Assembly: GCA_041690595.1 (NCBI GenBank)
Contig: JAWLHB010000003.1
Span: 1 to 64,000, forward strand
Source of the DNA: Lentisphaeria bacterium
GTDB lineage: Bacteria; Verrucomicrobiota; Lentisphaeria; JABSQK01; JAWLHB01
Length of the DNA: 64,000 nucleotides
Reading direction: 5' to 3'
Part shown: piece after piece, positions 19,802 to 29,119 of the stretch
How positions within the stretch are numbered: the first letter of the stretch is position 1
How the letters are laid out: each line of letters opens with the position of its first letter
The notes under the pieces: model-generated
Database searches by the model: none
Seen by the model: only the letters and a program-made list of their open reading frames with translations
What the model was told of the DNA's origin: nothing
Made by a program: the position numbers and the translations under genes

Positions 19802-22800
19802 TCATTTGCCGCGAGTCAGGGTGATTGTCTTCAGACCGCCGGGCGCCTGCAAACGGTACCCGTCCTCGGCCTTTGTCAGCGTCGCCCCGGTGACGGGTTG
19901 TTCCAGCCTCAGGGTGCCAGGAGCGGTGATCGCCACCGTGCCACCCGGGAAGGGAAGCCGAGGTTGCAGCGTCTTGTCGCCGTCGGTGACGGTCTCTGGC
20001 AGATCCACGGTCAGGATCTCTTCACCGATTCGCAGGCTGACGGCGAAATCCGCGACCAGTCCGAGGCCGTTGTAGCGCACCTCGCCCGGGCCGCCAAGAC
20101 TCAGCACCAGTCCAGAGGTGCGGTCCTGTACGGATCCCGCCGTCCCCTTGAAGCTGGCGTCTTCACCCACGGCAGTCGCATCCAATGCGGAGAGGAAGGC
20201 GTAATCCGTCCCGAAGTCACCCGCCACCTTGATGATCAGGCCATCGCCGAGGGTGCTGAAGAGCGGCGCCGGTGCATTGCGTTTTCGCGGGAAGAAGGCC
20301 ACGAAGTAGGCCCCGTCACCCGGCATCTGAAGGTGCAGCAGGTCCTGGTACTCGGGTTCCGCCAACTTGGTATTGGGGCCGCTCATCTCCGTTGCCCAGT
20401 GCAGGGTGTGGCGTGGGGTGTCGGTCGGCGACGCGATGTAATATTCCACCTCCACGCCAAACTGCCCGATCGCCGTGAACCGGTCCCCTTTCAATTCCCG
20501 CGCGGGCACGATCGTGCTCCCCGCCTTGTTGGCGAGCACGGCATCCGTATCCTTGACCTTCTCCGGGGTATCGACCGTCTCGGAGACGGTCCACATCTGC
20601 CACATGGTCGGTTGCGGGCCGTTGACCCCTTTGACGGTGTCGCGCAGCACCAGATACGCTGTCCTGGCCGGGTCATCGTCCTTCAGGAAGAGCACTTGCC
20701 GCCGCCAGTCCACGGGCGGTTCGCCTTTCGCCGGCACCGGTGGCCATTCCGGCAGGGGTGGAAACTCAAAGGCGATGGTGCGGCGATGGTGACGCGCCAC
20801 ATCGACGGAGGCATAATCCTGACGCGGCAGCGTCGAGAAGGCGCTCACATTGGCCCAGCCGGCCTGCTCTCCGAAGCGGGCGGCCGGCCCGTCGATCCAA
20901 CTGCCACCGATATCCATGGCCGTGCCGCCGTAGAAGCCTCCCTGCCGTTCCTTCATGGAGCCCAGCGGCCGGGCCAGGTCGACCTGGCAGGTCAGGAAGC
21001 CCTCCTGGTATTCGTAGCTGCCGGCAAACGATCCCGCCACCGGTTGCCCGTAAGCGAAGATCGACGCCAGTGCCCCATTCTGGGAGGGGTAGAGCACGCC
21101 CGCCCCGGCATACAGCTGCACCTGATGCTCGTCAGCGGTTTCCAATCCATGGCGCAGCACGGTCCCCAGCAGGGGGAATACCTCGGACGTCCAGGCCGGT
21201 ACATTGGACGGCAACTGGGGATCACAGAGAATGGATTCAAAGCCGCCCAACAGGTCAAACCGTGGGTTTGCCCCGCCTTCCAGCCAGGCCCACTGGAGGT
21301 GCGCGGAGAAATCCGCGTCGTAGGGGCGCATGAACTGGGCCATCACGCCCACCGTCCCATCGATGCGGCCGAGGCCATCGCGCCCCCAGGCGGGGATATA
21401 GCGATAGTTCGGGGTCGCCCGCGGCCGCGGATCGCGGGGCGTGAGCATCTTCACGTAGTGCAGCATCAGGCGCTTCAATCGCGCGTCGTTCGCATAGTCG
21501 TGCAGCCCCGCGCGTGTCGCGGCGATGGCAAAGGCGATCAGCGTATCCACCCGCCCGTGTCGACCGATGGGTTCCGTGAACTCGCCGCTCGCCCCCACGC
21601 TATTCGCGAGGGTATGCTCCATGATCATCTCCGCATTCCGGAACCAGGCCCTTGCCATGGGGTGCTCCGGGATCGTGCAGGCCACCAACCCCCGGGATAG
21701 CTCCCAGGTATGCGTCATATTCGGGTTGCCGGAGCAGTAGCCGCGTTCAAACGACCAGACCTTGGCATCGGCCAACCGGTAGCCGAAGTAGGCCATCCGG
21801 CTGCGCAGCACCGCGCGCTCCTCTTCCGGGATTGCCGGACAGTCGATCAAGGCGTCATACAGGATGGGGGTGAGATTCCCGGCATTGCCGAACTGCATGC
21901 CCCACAGCTCGTAGTCCAGCGCCTTGCGCAGGCGGGCTGGAAGCAGGGTCTGCTTCACGATACTTGGATCACCGCGACTGAGAAGATAAGCCGCCATGGC
22001 CATCGGCAGATCCCATTTGGGCTCCGGCGGAAGTGTCGCTGCGCTCGCATGCGTGGTGTACTTGAGGTTCTTGTCGATCGCCGCCTGGTCTACGGCCATG
22101 TCCTGCCACCGCGCATCCAGCTCGGACTGGCTGATGAACAAGCGCGGATGCTTGCCGGCGTCGCCGGGCCACTGCAGGACGTACGCTTTCACCTCGTTCA
22201 GCCGGTTGCCTATCGTCGGCCGGGTTTCTGGGGGAAAGGTGCTTTCCGGCTTGTAGGTATCGAAGGTATACAACGCGGCAACCCCGGGCATGAAGAGACA
22301 ATCGCTGATCGTCCACTTTCGCACGCCCTGGGCGCCGTTGACCCGCAGCAGAGACTCGCCGGAATCATCCTGTACCAGGGGTAACAGCTTGTGCGGCAGC
22401 GAGTTGGCGGGCGTCCGCTGCACGGTTCCGAAGAGGCTCTCTTCCAGGGAGACCGGCTCCACCCACCCACTGGGGTCCAGACTGCGAATCTGCAGCTCGC
22501 GCGTGGTCTCCTCCAGCTTCAAACGGATGCGTGTCTGGGTGAAGGTACTCCACCAGTCCTCCCAAGGCGACAACTGGGTGACCAGCTCGGGTCGATTCTT
22601 CGGCCCGACGTATCCCGCCAGCGGAATCTCCGCCCACTTCGAGGGGGCGCCGCTCGACCCCGCCCATTGCGCAAACTGCTCTCGGTCGTGATAGGCTTCC
22701 GTCATGACCTGGAAGTGCAAAGGCGGCAGACCTCGGCTGAGCACGACGTGGAAGCCATCGTCCGGCTGGTCCCTAGAAACCTTCGTTTCACAGTGAAGCG

Positions 22801-23461
22801 TATTGTCGCCCATAGCCATCCGCAGGGTCACGTCGAAGGTGTTGCCGTTTTCGTAGGTGTAGCGCACCACCACTCGCGCAAAGACCGGTCCATTGTCCGT
22901 CAGTCTGGCGGAATAGGCGCTTACCTTTCCGGGGCCAAACATAGTGCTGCCGCCGAACCAGGTGCCGTCCGCAAGCCGCAAGGCGATCACCGGTCCCGGC
23001 ACCTGATCCGAGGCTACCGGCTCCGGATAGCTCCGGTCGCCCAGCAGAAGGCGCGCACCGAACTGGCTGGTGACGATCTCCACCTGGTCGGCAGCCGGCG
23101 TCACCGCCAAGTCGGTGGCGGGGGCGGTGACGGGCTGGTCGCTGTAGCGGACGGTGTAGATGTCGGTGGCCAACGGGGCGAGATCGGTGATGAAGGAGAG
23201 AGTCCCCGACTTCACCCATTGCGTTCCGGGCCAGTATTCGATCTCCGAGAGCTGGACGGGCATCGCCCCGCGTGGCCCGGTGAGGGTGATCGAGCGGGCG
23301 TCGCACTCACCCTCCGGGGCGCTGAACGCGTAGGTCAGCAGCTCCCGGCTCCACGATTCGCCAAGGTGCTCCCGCAGGTCGATAGTGGCCTCACCCGCCC
23401 TGCCCTGCCCGGCGGCCAGGGAGAGAAGTGTCATAATCAGGATGGCAAGCATGATTTTCAT
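19802..23461 (-). CDS. large secreted protein (1219 aa), paralog of 13193..16894
   Basis: Signal peptide; HPRLF, GNPNM, WRRQVLFLK; colinear with 13193..16894. Confidence 0.72.
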   Translation of the reverse strand: MKIMLAILIMTLLSLAAGQGRAGEATIDLREHLGESWSRELLTYAFSAPEGECDARSITLTGPRGAMPVQLSEIEYWPGTQWVKSGTLSFITDLAPLATDIYTVRYSDQPVTAPATDLAVTPAADQVEIVTSQFGARLLLGDRSYPEPVASDQVPGPVIALRLADGTWFGGSTMFGPGKVSAYSARLTDNGPVFARVVVRYTYENGNTFDVTLRMAMGDNTLHCETKVSRDQPDDGFHVVLSRGLPPLHFQVMTEAYHDREQFAQWAGSSGAPSKWAEIPLAGYVGPKNRPELVTQLSPWEDWWSTFTQTRIRLKLEETTRELQIRSLDPSGWVEPVSLEESLFGTVQRTPANSLPHKLLPLVQDDSGESLLRVNGAQGVRKWTISDCLFMPGVAALYTFDTYKPESTFPPETRPTIGNRLNEVKAYVLQWPGDAGKHPRLFISQSELDARWQDMAVDQAAIDKNLKYTTHASAATLPPEPKWDLPMAMAAYLLSRGDPSIVKQTLLPARLRKALDYELWGMQFGNAGNLTPILYDALIDCPAIPEEERAVLRSRMAYFGYRLADAKVWSFERGYCSGNPNMTHTWELSRGLVACTIPEHPMARAWFRNAEMIMEHTLANSVGASGEFTEPIGRHGRVDTLIAFAIAATRAGLHDYANDARLKRLMLHYVKMLTPRDPRPRATPNYRYIPAWGRDGLGRIDGTVGVMAQFMRPYDADFSAHLQWAWLEGGANPRFDLLGGFESILCDPQLPSNVPAWTSEVFPLLGTVLRHGLETADEHQVQLYAGAGVLYPSQNGALASIFAYGQPVAGSFAGSYEYQEGFLTCQVDLARPLGSMKERQGGFYGGTAMDIGGSWIDGPAARFGEQAGWANVSAFSTLPRQDYASVDVARHHRRTIAFEFPPLPEWPPVPAKGEPPVDWRRQVLFLKDDDPARTAYLVLRDTVKGVNGPQPTMWQMWTVSETVDTPEKVKDTDAVLANKAGSTIVPARELKGDRFTAIGQFGVEVEYYIASPTDTPRHTLHWATEMSGPNTKLAEPEYQDLLHLQMPGDGAYFVAFFPRKRNAPAPLFSTLGDGLIIKVAGDFGTDYAFLSALDATAVGEDASFKGTAGSVQDRTSGLVLSLGGPGEVRYNGLGLVADFAVSLRIGEEILTVDLPETVTDGDKTLQPRLPFPGGTVAITAPGTLRLEQPVTGATLTKAEDGYRLQAPGGLKTITLTRGK

Positions 23462-26400
23462 TTGGCTTGGAGAGCTCCTTCAGTCTGTGGCAGGGATATG
23501 ATTTGCGAAGCGCCGGCTGGAATGACGAAGTCACCGCCATCCCAGGCGATAAAGGGGAAATAAGGCGAAGGGGTCACGGAGAGGGAAAGTTCGTGGAGGG
23601 TTGGATTGTGCAGTTCGAGTGACCAAGTGGAGTCGCTGATGGGGGTAAGATTGATGACGATATCGTTTTCCGAGGCAATGAGCGGGTGGCCGATGAACAG
23701 GTTCTGCGCCTGGCGCAGGGTATCCACCATGGCATAAGCGGTTCCCTCGACCGCTCCGAGTGGCCGCCATCGATGGCTGGATCGATCGACGAGGACCACC
23801 GGCCAGTTCGGGTTCAGCCCATGCACCAGCACGGGCAGGGCCATCGGCAGATCCGCCTGGGAAATAGACCCGGCAATGCCGCTGCCGTGCGCATCCATCT
23901 CCAGGCAGAGCCGCTGGCTGACGAGCGAGCCGCTCTCCAACTCGACGGTCCAGGCGGGCTTCCCGGCGAGCCCCATGGCATCGCGCACCTTCTCGCCGAT
24001 GGTTGGATCCTGCATCTCGTATCCGCCACCCACGGCGATGAAGCGCAAAGCAGTGGGCACCGCGGCGGTGGGCAGTGCGACCACAGGCAGTTGCACCGTC
24101 ACCAGACCGCGCTGGGGATGCGTGCGGCGCATCACCCCCGGCTGCGAACTCGTATCGCGCACCAGGAGCAGATCGGGGCCATCGTTGAAGAAGATGGCGG
24201 GGCGACGTCCGTCACTCCAGGAGACGATATGCTCGCCCTGTTGCCAGGCAAGGGTAAGGTCGGTATCAGCGTCACCGGGCAGCTCGATGACGTTGCCGTC
24301 GAGCTGGTGGAGGCGATGATGAGCGTCGCGATCCAGCCAGCCGATGGGCATCGGCGCGGAGAGGGTGAGTTCCTGCTTGAGGGCGAGCTGGTAATCGTGC
24401 ACCAGGCAGGTGAGGGCATGGGGCCGGGGCCGGAAGACGGTGGCGCGGCGGGTCACCGTGAGGTAGCGCGTCGGCTGGGCGGGGAAGCAGCCGAAGCAGC
24501 AGTTCTCGCGGCCGAAGAAGAAGGGCCAGGCGGGGTCGTAGCCGTGGTCCGCGCTGAGATCATTGATGGCGACATCCGGACAGATGAGCCGCGGCATGGA
24601 GGTAATCATCAGCTCGTACTCCGGCGGGTCGAGGGCCGGAAGCTGGGGCAGGATGTGGAGGCTGCCGCCGGGGTTGTTGACGCCGCCGTCGGAGGGGGTG
24701 ACGTTGTCGTGAACGGGGTCGTGCGGAACCGGTGAGAGCGCATCGCCACTGTACCACCAGCGACCGACTTGCCGCCAGCTTCCGCCCCACGGCCCGATGC
24801 TGTAGGTGAGGTAGAGGGTGCCCGACCAGCCTGCCGCCAGCCCCTGCTCGTCCTTGCCGAAGCCGATGCTCAGCAGGTTGTTGCGATCGGCGCAGGTGAA
24901 CTCGCACCAGTCCAGCCGCAGGGTCGGATAATCAAGGCTGGTGGCGGTGTGGCCGTCGAGGTCGCGCGCTTCCAGCAGCAGGTGCATCTGCTGCGCGTGC
25001 AGCAGGTCGAGCTCCTGCTCGAACTCGGGCTTGCCGTGGCATTGCCAGTGACGCAGGAGGCGTTGCCCATCGTAGAGGCGCACCTCCGCCAGACCGCGGA
25101 TCGAGGTGACGCGGAGGCGCAGGCGATAGCCGAGCGCGTCAACCCGGAAGGGGTCGGCGACAGGCGGGATCTCCGTATCCGGCGCACGCCAGGAAGGATC
25201 GCGGCTGGTGACGGAGGCGGTCCATGCGCGGATCTCGGGCCCCTGGGTCACGTACTGGCTGGGCGGGCCGTACTGCCAGTTGTCGAAGCGATAGCGGGGC
25301 GAGCGTATCCGTTGCTCGTCCAGCATGCCCCACCACTCCAGCTCCGGCGCCATGTGCTTGCGCAGCACTTGCTCGGGCATGGACGCGTAAGGCTCGATGA
25401 CGATGTTGCGCCAGCCGGAAGCGACGGCTTCGTCCAGCTCGGCCGGGGAATCCATGAAGGTCAGGACAGTTGGATTGTAGCGCAGGTGGTTGGCCTCCAG
25501 ATCACGGTAACGCTCGCGAACGTCGTCGACGATCTGGCCGCGTTGCCAGGTGACGACGGCGATGGAGTCGCAGAAACGCTGGTCCTCGAAGAGGGTCCGG
25601 CAGTCGGCAAAGGCGTAGCGCCCCCGCCGGCCCCGTGCAGCGAGTCCCTGGGGCTCGAAGGTGTAGGTGCAGTGGACGGAGAGGAGGTTGCCGTTGCGCC
25701 CGGTCGGTACGGCGGCCGGGGCGAAGCGGGCGCGGTCGGGGGTCAGCAGATCCGGTCGAGGCAGGTGAATGGTATACCCATACTGGAAGAAGTGGCTGTC
25801 GGCGACATCGTCCATGGTGAAGCCGGGCACCGCGAAGAAGCTGTCGCTGCTCGCGGCCTCGCATTCGGCCTTCAGGGCGGCGAAGCTCTCGTCCGTAAGG
25901 TGGGCGCCCTCTTCGAGGAAGACGATGAAGTCGAGCCCGTGGGCCTTGGCGCGGGCGACGTAGTCGGCGACCGTCCCGGAGCCGGTCGAAAGGCTGGTGC
26001 GGGCTCCGATCAGGCCACGGAGCGGCGCAGGATCGTCGGGTGGGAAGGTGCGCGTCGCCCAGCGGACGGGAGGATCGTCGGGATAACGGGGTACGTTCGG
26101 CAACAAGACGTGGGGTGAGGATGAGGCCCCGCCCAGGGTGCCGGCGGCAACGGATGGCGCGGCCAGCCAGCTTACGGTGTTGAGGAAGAGCCGGCCCAGG
26201 TCGGACTGACGTCCGTCGAAGCCATCCTGAAGGAAGCGTTTGGCCAGGAGGTAGCGATGCGGCGCGTCGAGATAATAGCCGGAAGGGATGCCGCATACGG
26301 CCAGGCGCCCCGGACCGACCGGGCGCCCCACCATGATCGGGACCGATTCGGCGTACCGCGGCAGAGACGCATCGGGAGTAATACCGGCATTGCCGGAGCC

Positions 26401-26964
26401 CACCAGATCGCTGGTCGTCCGGCTGGCCGGCGAGCCGCGCAGCAGCGGTTGCCAGCCGAGGTCATCGGCGGTATGGACGGCCTGGGTTGCCATCTTGTGG
26501 CCCATCCTGGCCGGATACCAGATGCCGGTCACGCCGGCGGCGACTTCCGGCGCGACGTCTTGCGTGTAGGCATAGCGGATGAACTCGCCATGCTCGTTTC
26601 CTCCTTCGGTGACGCACTGATCGTCCTGGTCGAGGGAGAGGGGAAGAATGCGGGCGCCGTAGTCCTGAAGTAACTGGTCGTGCGGCATGACACCGCCAAT
26701 GGGAAGGGTGAAGTAGACGCCGCCGCCGCGCGCCAGAAAGCGGGCCACCTCGCGCCGCAGGTCGTCGAGGATGAGATCCTCCTGCGTCCTGGTCTTGCGC
26801 AGCGTGTAGAAGCGGCCGAGGAGGAGCACGTTGTACTTGCCGCCGGCCAGCAGCGACGGCACCTCGGCGAGGGCGCAGGTGGTGAGGTGGAAGCCGGCGT
26901 CGAGCAGCGGCTGGGCGATCCATTCAGCGTGGGCACCCGATTCGGAGAGGATGGCGGGTTTCAT
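23458..26964 (-). CDS. large hypothetical protein (~1168 aa) with N-terminal GATase/DUF4350-like region and degenerate PHP-like domain
   Basis: Starts MKPAILSES at 26964, overlapping the upstream stop. GLIGARTSLSTGSGTVADYVARAKAHGLDFIVFLE resembles the PHP N-terminus. Confidence 0.65.
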   Translation of the reverse strand: MKPAILSESGAHAEWIAQPLLDAGFHLTTCALAEVPSLLAGGKYNVLLLGRFYTLRKTRTQEDLILDDLRREVARFLARGGGVYFTLPIGGVMPHDQLLQDYGARILPLSLDQDDQCVTEGGNEHGEFIRYAYTQDVAPEVAAGVTGIWYPARMGHKMATQAVHTADDLGWQPLLRGSPASRTTSDLVGSGNAGITPDASLPRYAESVPIMVGRPVGPGRLAVCGIPSGYYLDAPHRYLLAKRFLQDGFDGRQSDLGRLFLNTVSWLAAPSVAAGTLGGASSSPHVLLPNVPRYPDDPPVRWATRTFPPDDPAPLRGLIGARTSLSTGSGTVADYVARAKAHGLDFIVFLEEGAHLTDESFAALKAECEAASSDSFFAVPGFTMDDVADSHFFQYGYTIHLPRPDLLTPDRARFAPAAVPTGRNGNLLSVHCTYTFEPQGLAARGRRGRYAFADCRTLFEDQRFCDSIAVVTWQRGQIVDDVRERYRDLEANHLRYNPTVLTFMDSPAELDEAVASGWRNIVIEPYASMPEQVLRKHMAPELEWWGMLDEQRIRSPRYRFDNWQYGPPSQYVTQGPEIRAWTASVTSRDPSWRAPDTEIPPVADPFRVDALGYRLRLRVTSIRGLAEVRLYDGQRLLRHWQCHGKPEFEQELDLLHAQQMHLLLEARDLDGHTATSLDYPTLRLDWCEFTCADRNNLLSIGFGKDEQGLAAGWSGTLYLTYSIGPWGGSWRQVGRWWYSGDALSPVPHDPVHDNVTPSDGGVNNPGGSLHILPQLPALDPPEYELMITSMPRLICPDVAINDLSADHGYDPAWPFFFGRENCCFGCFPAQPTRYLTVTRRATVFRPRPHALTCLVHDYQLALKQELTLSAPMPIGWLDRDAHHRLHQLDGNVIELPGDADTDLTLAWQQGEHIVSWSDGRRPAIFFNDGPDLLLVRDTSSQPGVMRRTHPQRGLVTVQLPVVALPTAAVPTALRFIAVGGGYEMQDPTIGEKVRDAMGLAGKPAWTVELESGSLVSQRLCLEMDAHGSGIAGSISQADLPMALPVLVHGLNPNWPVVLVDRSSHRWRPLGAVEGTAYAMVDTLRQAQNLFIGHPLIASENDIVINLTPISDSTWSLELHNPTLHELSLSVTPSPYFPFIAWDGGDFVIPAGASQIISLPQTEGALQAK

Positions 26965-28034
26965 GGGCGGGAATCCTGGGTTGCGCCGAAACGGCGGGTG
27001 ACGATGGCCTGCAACGCTTCGGCCTGCTCGGTGGATTCGGCAGCCGTGGCGAGATAGAGCCCGGCGGGCTTCAGGGATTGGCAGAGTTCCTCCACCTCGC
27101 CCGGCAGGCAGTCCACGAGGAGCGCCTTGCCGGCCGCCTGAATCCGTTGCATCAGGGTGAGCCAGCGCAGGGTCGGCCCGCCATTCACCCCCTTCTGCCA
27201 CTGAATGGCCTTGATGCATGGCAGCGCGAGAAGCATCTCCAGATGGCGGCTGGCGTCGGGACCGTCCAGATGGTAGATCAGATCGTCCAGATGCGCCGCC
27301 TGCGCTTCCAGTTCGGGGACGACAAACTCCTCGAACATGCGTGGCGAAATTACCGCGCTGAAATCGCACTGGGCCATGTAGCAGCGGCCGGGCGACCAGA
27401 CCGGCAGGGCGCAGGCGATGGTGCCGGTGAATTGCGGGCTCAGGATCGGCATGGAGTCGTCATAGATCTTTCGCCAGCCGGCGAGGATCACCTGCTGCGC
27501 CTCTTTCACCAGCTCCGGCTCATCGACGAGGTCCATGGCGAGATGGGTGCCGCCACGGAGGGATTCGAGCAGATCGAGGGGGCCAAAGAGGTTCGGCATC
27601 GCTACGGCGAATTCTCCCTGTGCCTGGGGGATCACCTCGACCAGCATGTCCATGAAGCGCTGGAAGAGGGGCAACTCGTCGTGGAGCCGGATGCCGGCAA
27701 GCTCACCGACCTCTTTGAGGACGGCTTCATGCCAGATAGTGCGGTCGGAGAAGACGGCTTGCGCGCCGAAGAATGCCGCCGACGGGGGGAAGGGAGAGAA
27801 CTGCGGGTAGGAAGCGCCATGCCACTCGACGGCTTGTGCCAGGGCCCGATAGCGGGCGGCGATGGTGGCAGCGTCCAGGTAATTGTCTTTGGGGTCGTCG
27901 GGCGGGGCAGGCAGGGCACCCGCGGGGGGTGGCCAGGGGGCAGGCACATAGAGGAGCGGCTGTTCGTTCCGGCACTGCCACCATGCTTCGTACTGTGGCG
28001 CGAGGCTCGCCATTTTTTCCGCAATCGGGCTCAT
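26961..28034 (-). CDS. URO-D/MtaA-CmuA superfamily TIM-barrel protein
   Basis: DLLESLRG, QCDFSAVISPRMFEEFVVP, IYHLDG, IKAIQW. Start MSPIAEK at 28034. Confidence 0.8.
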   Translation of the reverse strand: MSPIAEKMASLAPQYEAWWQCRNEQPLLYVPAPWPPPAGALPAPPDDPKDNYLDAATIAARYRALAQAVEWHGASYPQFSPFPPSAAFFGAQAVFSDRTIWHEAVLKEVGELAGIRLHDELPLFQRFMDMLVEVIPQAQGEFAVAMPNLFGPLDLLESLRGGTHLAMDLVDEPELVKEAQQVILAGWRKIYDDSMPILSPQFTGTIACALPVWSPGRCYMAQCDFSAVISPRMFEEFVVPELEAQAAHLDDLIYHLDGPDASRHLEMLLALPCIKAIQWQKGVNGGPTLRWLTLMQRIQAAGKALLVDCLPGEVEELCQSLKPAGLYLATAAESTEQAEALQAIVTRRFGATQDSRP

Positions 28035-29098
28035 GATCGGCTCCTTTCGGCCTGGAATAAAGGGTTGTCGATGGCCGGTGGACGTTCGTAGGTCGCTACG
28101 GCCTCCAGCAAAGCTTTCAGGTTCTCGAAGGGCATCTCCGGCTCCATGGGGGCGTAGCCGATCAGGCCGCCGGTGGCCGTGCCGAGCAGGTCGTACATCC
28201 GGCGAACGTGCTGCCGAACCTGATCCGGGCTCCCGTTGACCATCACGCGCTGGCGGTCGACGTCGGGAACGATGGTGATGCGGCCGCGGGCGGTCTCGCC
28301 GTACTCGGCCACGTCCATGCAATGAATCTGGGGATTGACGATGTCGACGCCCAGTTCGATGAGGTCGGGGAGGATCTCGCGGGTATGTCCGCAGGAGTGG
28401 AACCAGACCTTGGCGTTGCCCTGATGGATCCGCTCCACCATCTGGCGGTAGACGGGCTTGAGAAACTCGCGCCAGGTCTTGGGGTTGATGAGGAGCGCGA
28501 TCTGGGTTCCCAGGTCGTCACCCATGCCGAGAATATCGGGCTGGAGCTTCAACTGCTCGTCGATAGCCGGCAGGTGGTAGTCGTTGAGGAGGCGATCCGT
28601 CAGCTTGCGGACCTCATCGGGCTGGGTGAAGAAGTCCATCATGATGTTCTCGGTGCCGCGCAGGTTCTGCATGATCTGGAAGAACTGCTCGACGCTGGCC
28701 CAGACGGGGTACCGTTCGCGAGTCTGTTTGGCGGCCTCGATCTGTTGCGGCGTTACGCGTGGCACCGGGGGAACGCGCCAGGTGGCGAAGCTGCTCCACT
28801 CTTCAAGGGGCGAGTGGGAGACGACACCGGTCTTTCCGGCCAGCGCATAGTCCCAGCGGCAGCCCCATTGATCGACGGTGGAGGCGGTACTCATCCGCTT
28901 CGCATCCGGGATCTTGACCGTGCTGGTGTCGTAGAAGTCGCAACCGCATTCCTGCACCAGGCGGAGGAGAGGTTCGCCGTACTTGGCCAGAGTCGAGTGG
29001 AGAGAGATGGTGAAGGGGAGGCGCCGGTCGGTAGCGCGGTGCTCGATGGCACGCAACACACGCTCGCGGGAGGACATTTTTGTCAAGGAGTCAGTCAT
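28031..29098 (-). CDS. uroporphyrinogen decarboxylase family protein
   Basis: MSSRERVLRAI, VDQWGC, LRGTENIMMD, GDDLGTQ, FHSCG, LIELGVD, PFENL. Confidence 0.9.
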   Translation of the reverse strand: MTDSLTKMSSRERVLRAIEHRATDRRLPFTISLHSTLAKYGEPLLRLVQECGCDFYDTSTVKIPDAKRMSTASTVDQWGCRWDYALAGKTGVVSHSPLEEWSSFATWRVPPVPRVTPQQIEAAKQTRERYPVWASVEQFFQIMQNLRGTENIMMDFFTQPDEVRKLTDRLLNDYHLPAIDEQLKLQPDILGMGDDLGTQIALLINPKTWREFLKPVYRQMVERIHQGNAKVWFHSCGHTREILPDLIELGVDIVNPQIHCMDVAEYGETARGRITIVPDVDRQRVMVNGSPDQVRQHVRRMYDLLGTATGGLIGYAPMEPEMPFENLKALLEAVATYERPPAIDNPLFQAERSRS

Positions 29099-29119
29099 GG
29101 GTAGAGTTTCCTGGGGCGG

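Noticed and set aside
16411..23455. Diversity-generating retroelement TR/VR pair
   Set aside because: Both copies are coding 5' ends, mismatches are not adenine-specific, and there is no reverse transcriptase.
26961..29098. hemE (heme biosynthesis) assignment
   Set aside because: The HemE RQAGR signature is absent and the context is not tetrapyrrole synthesis, so no gene symbol was given.
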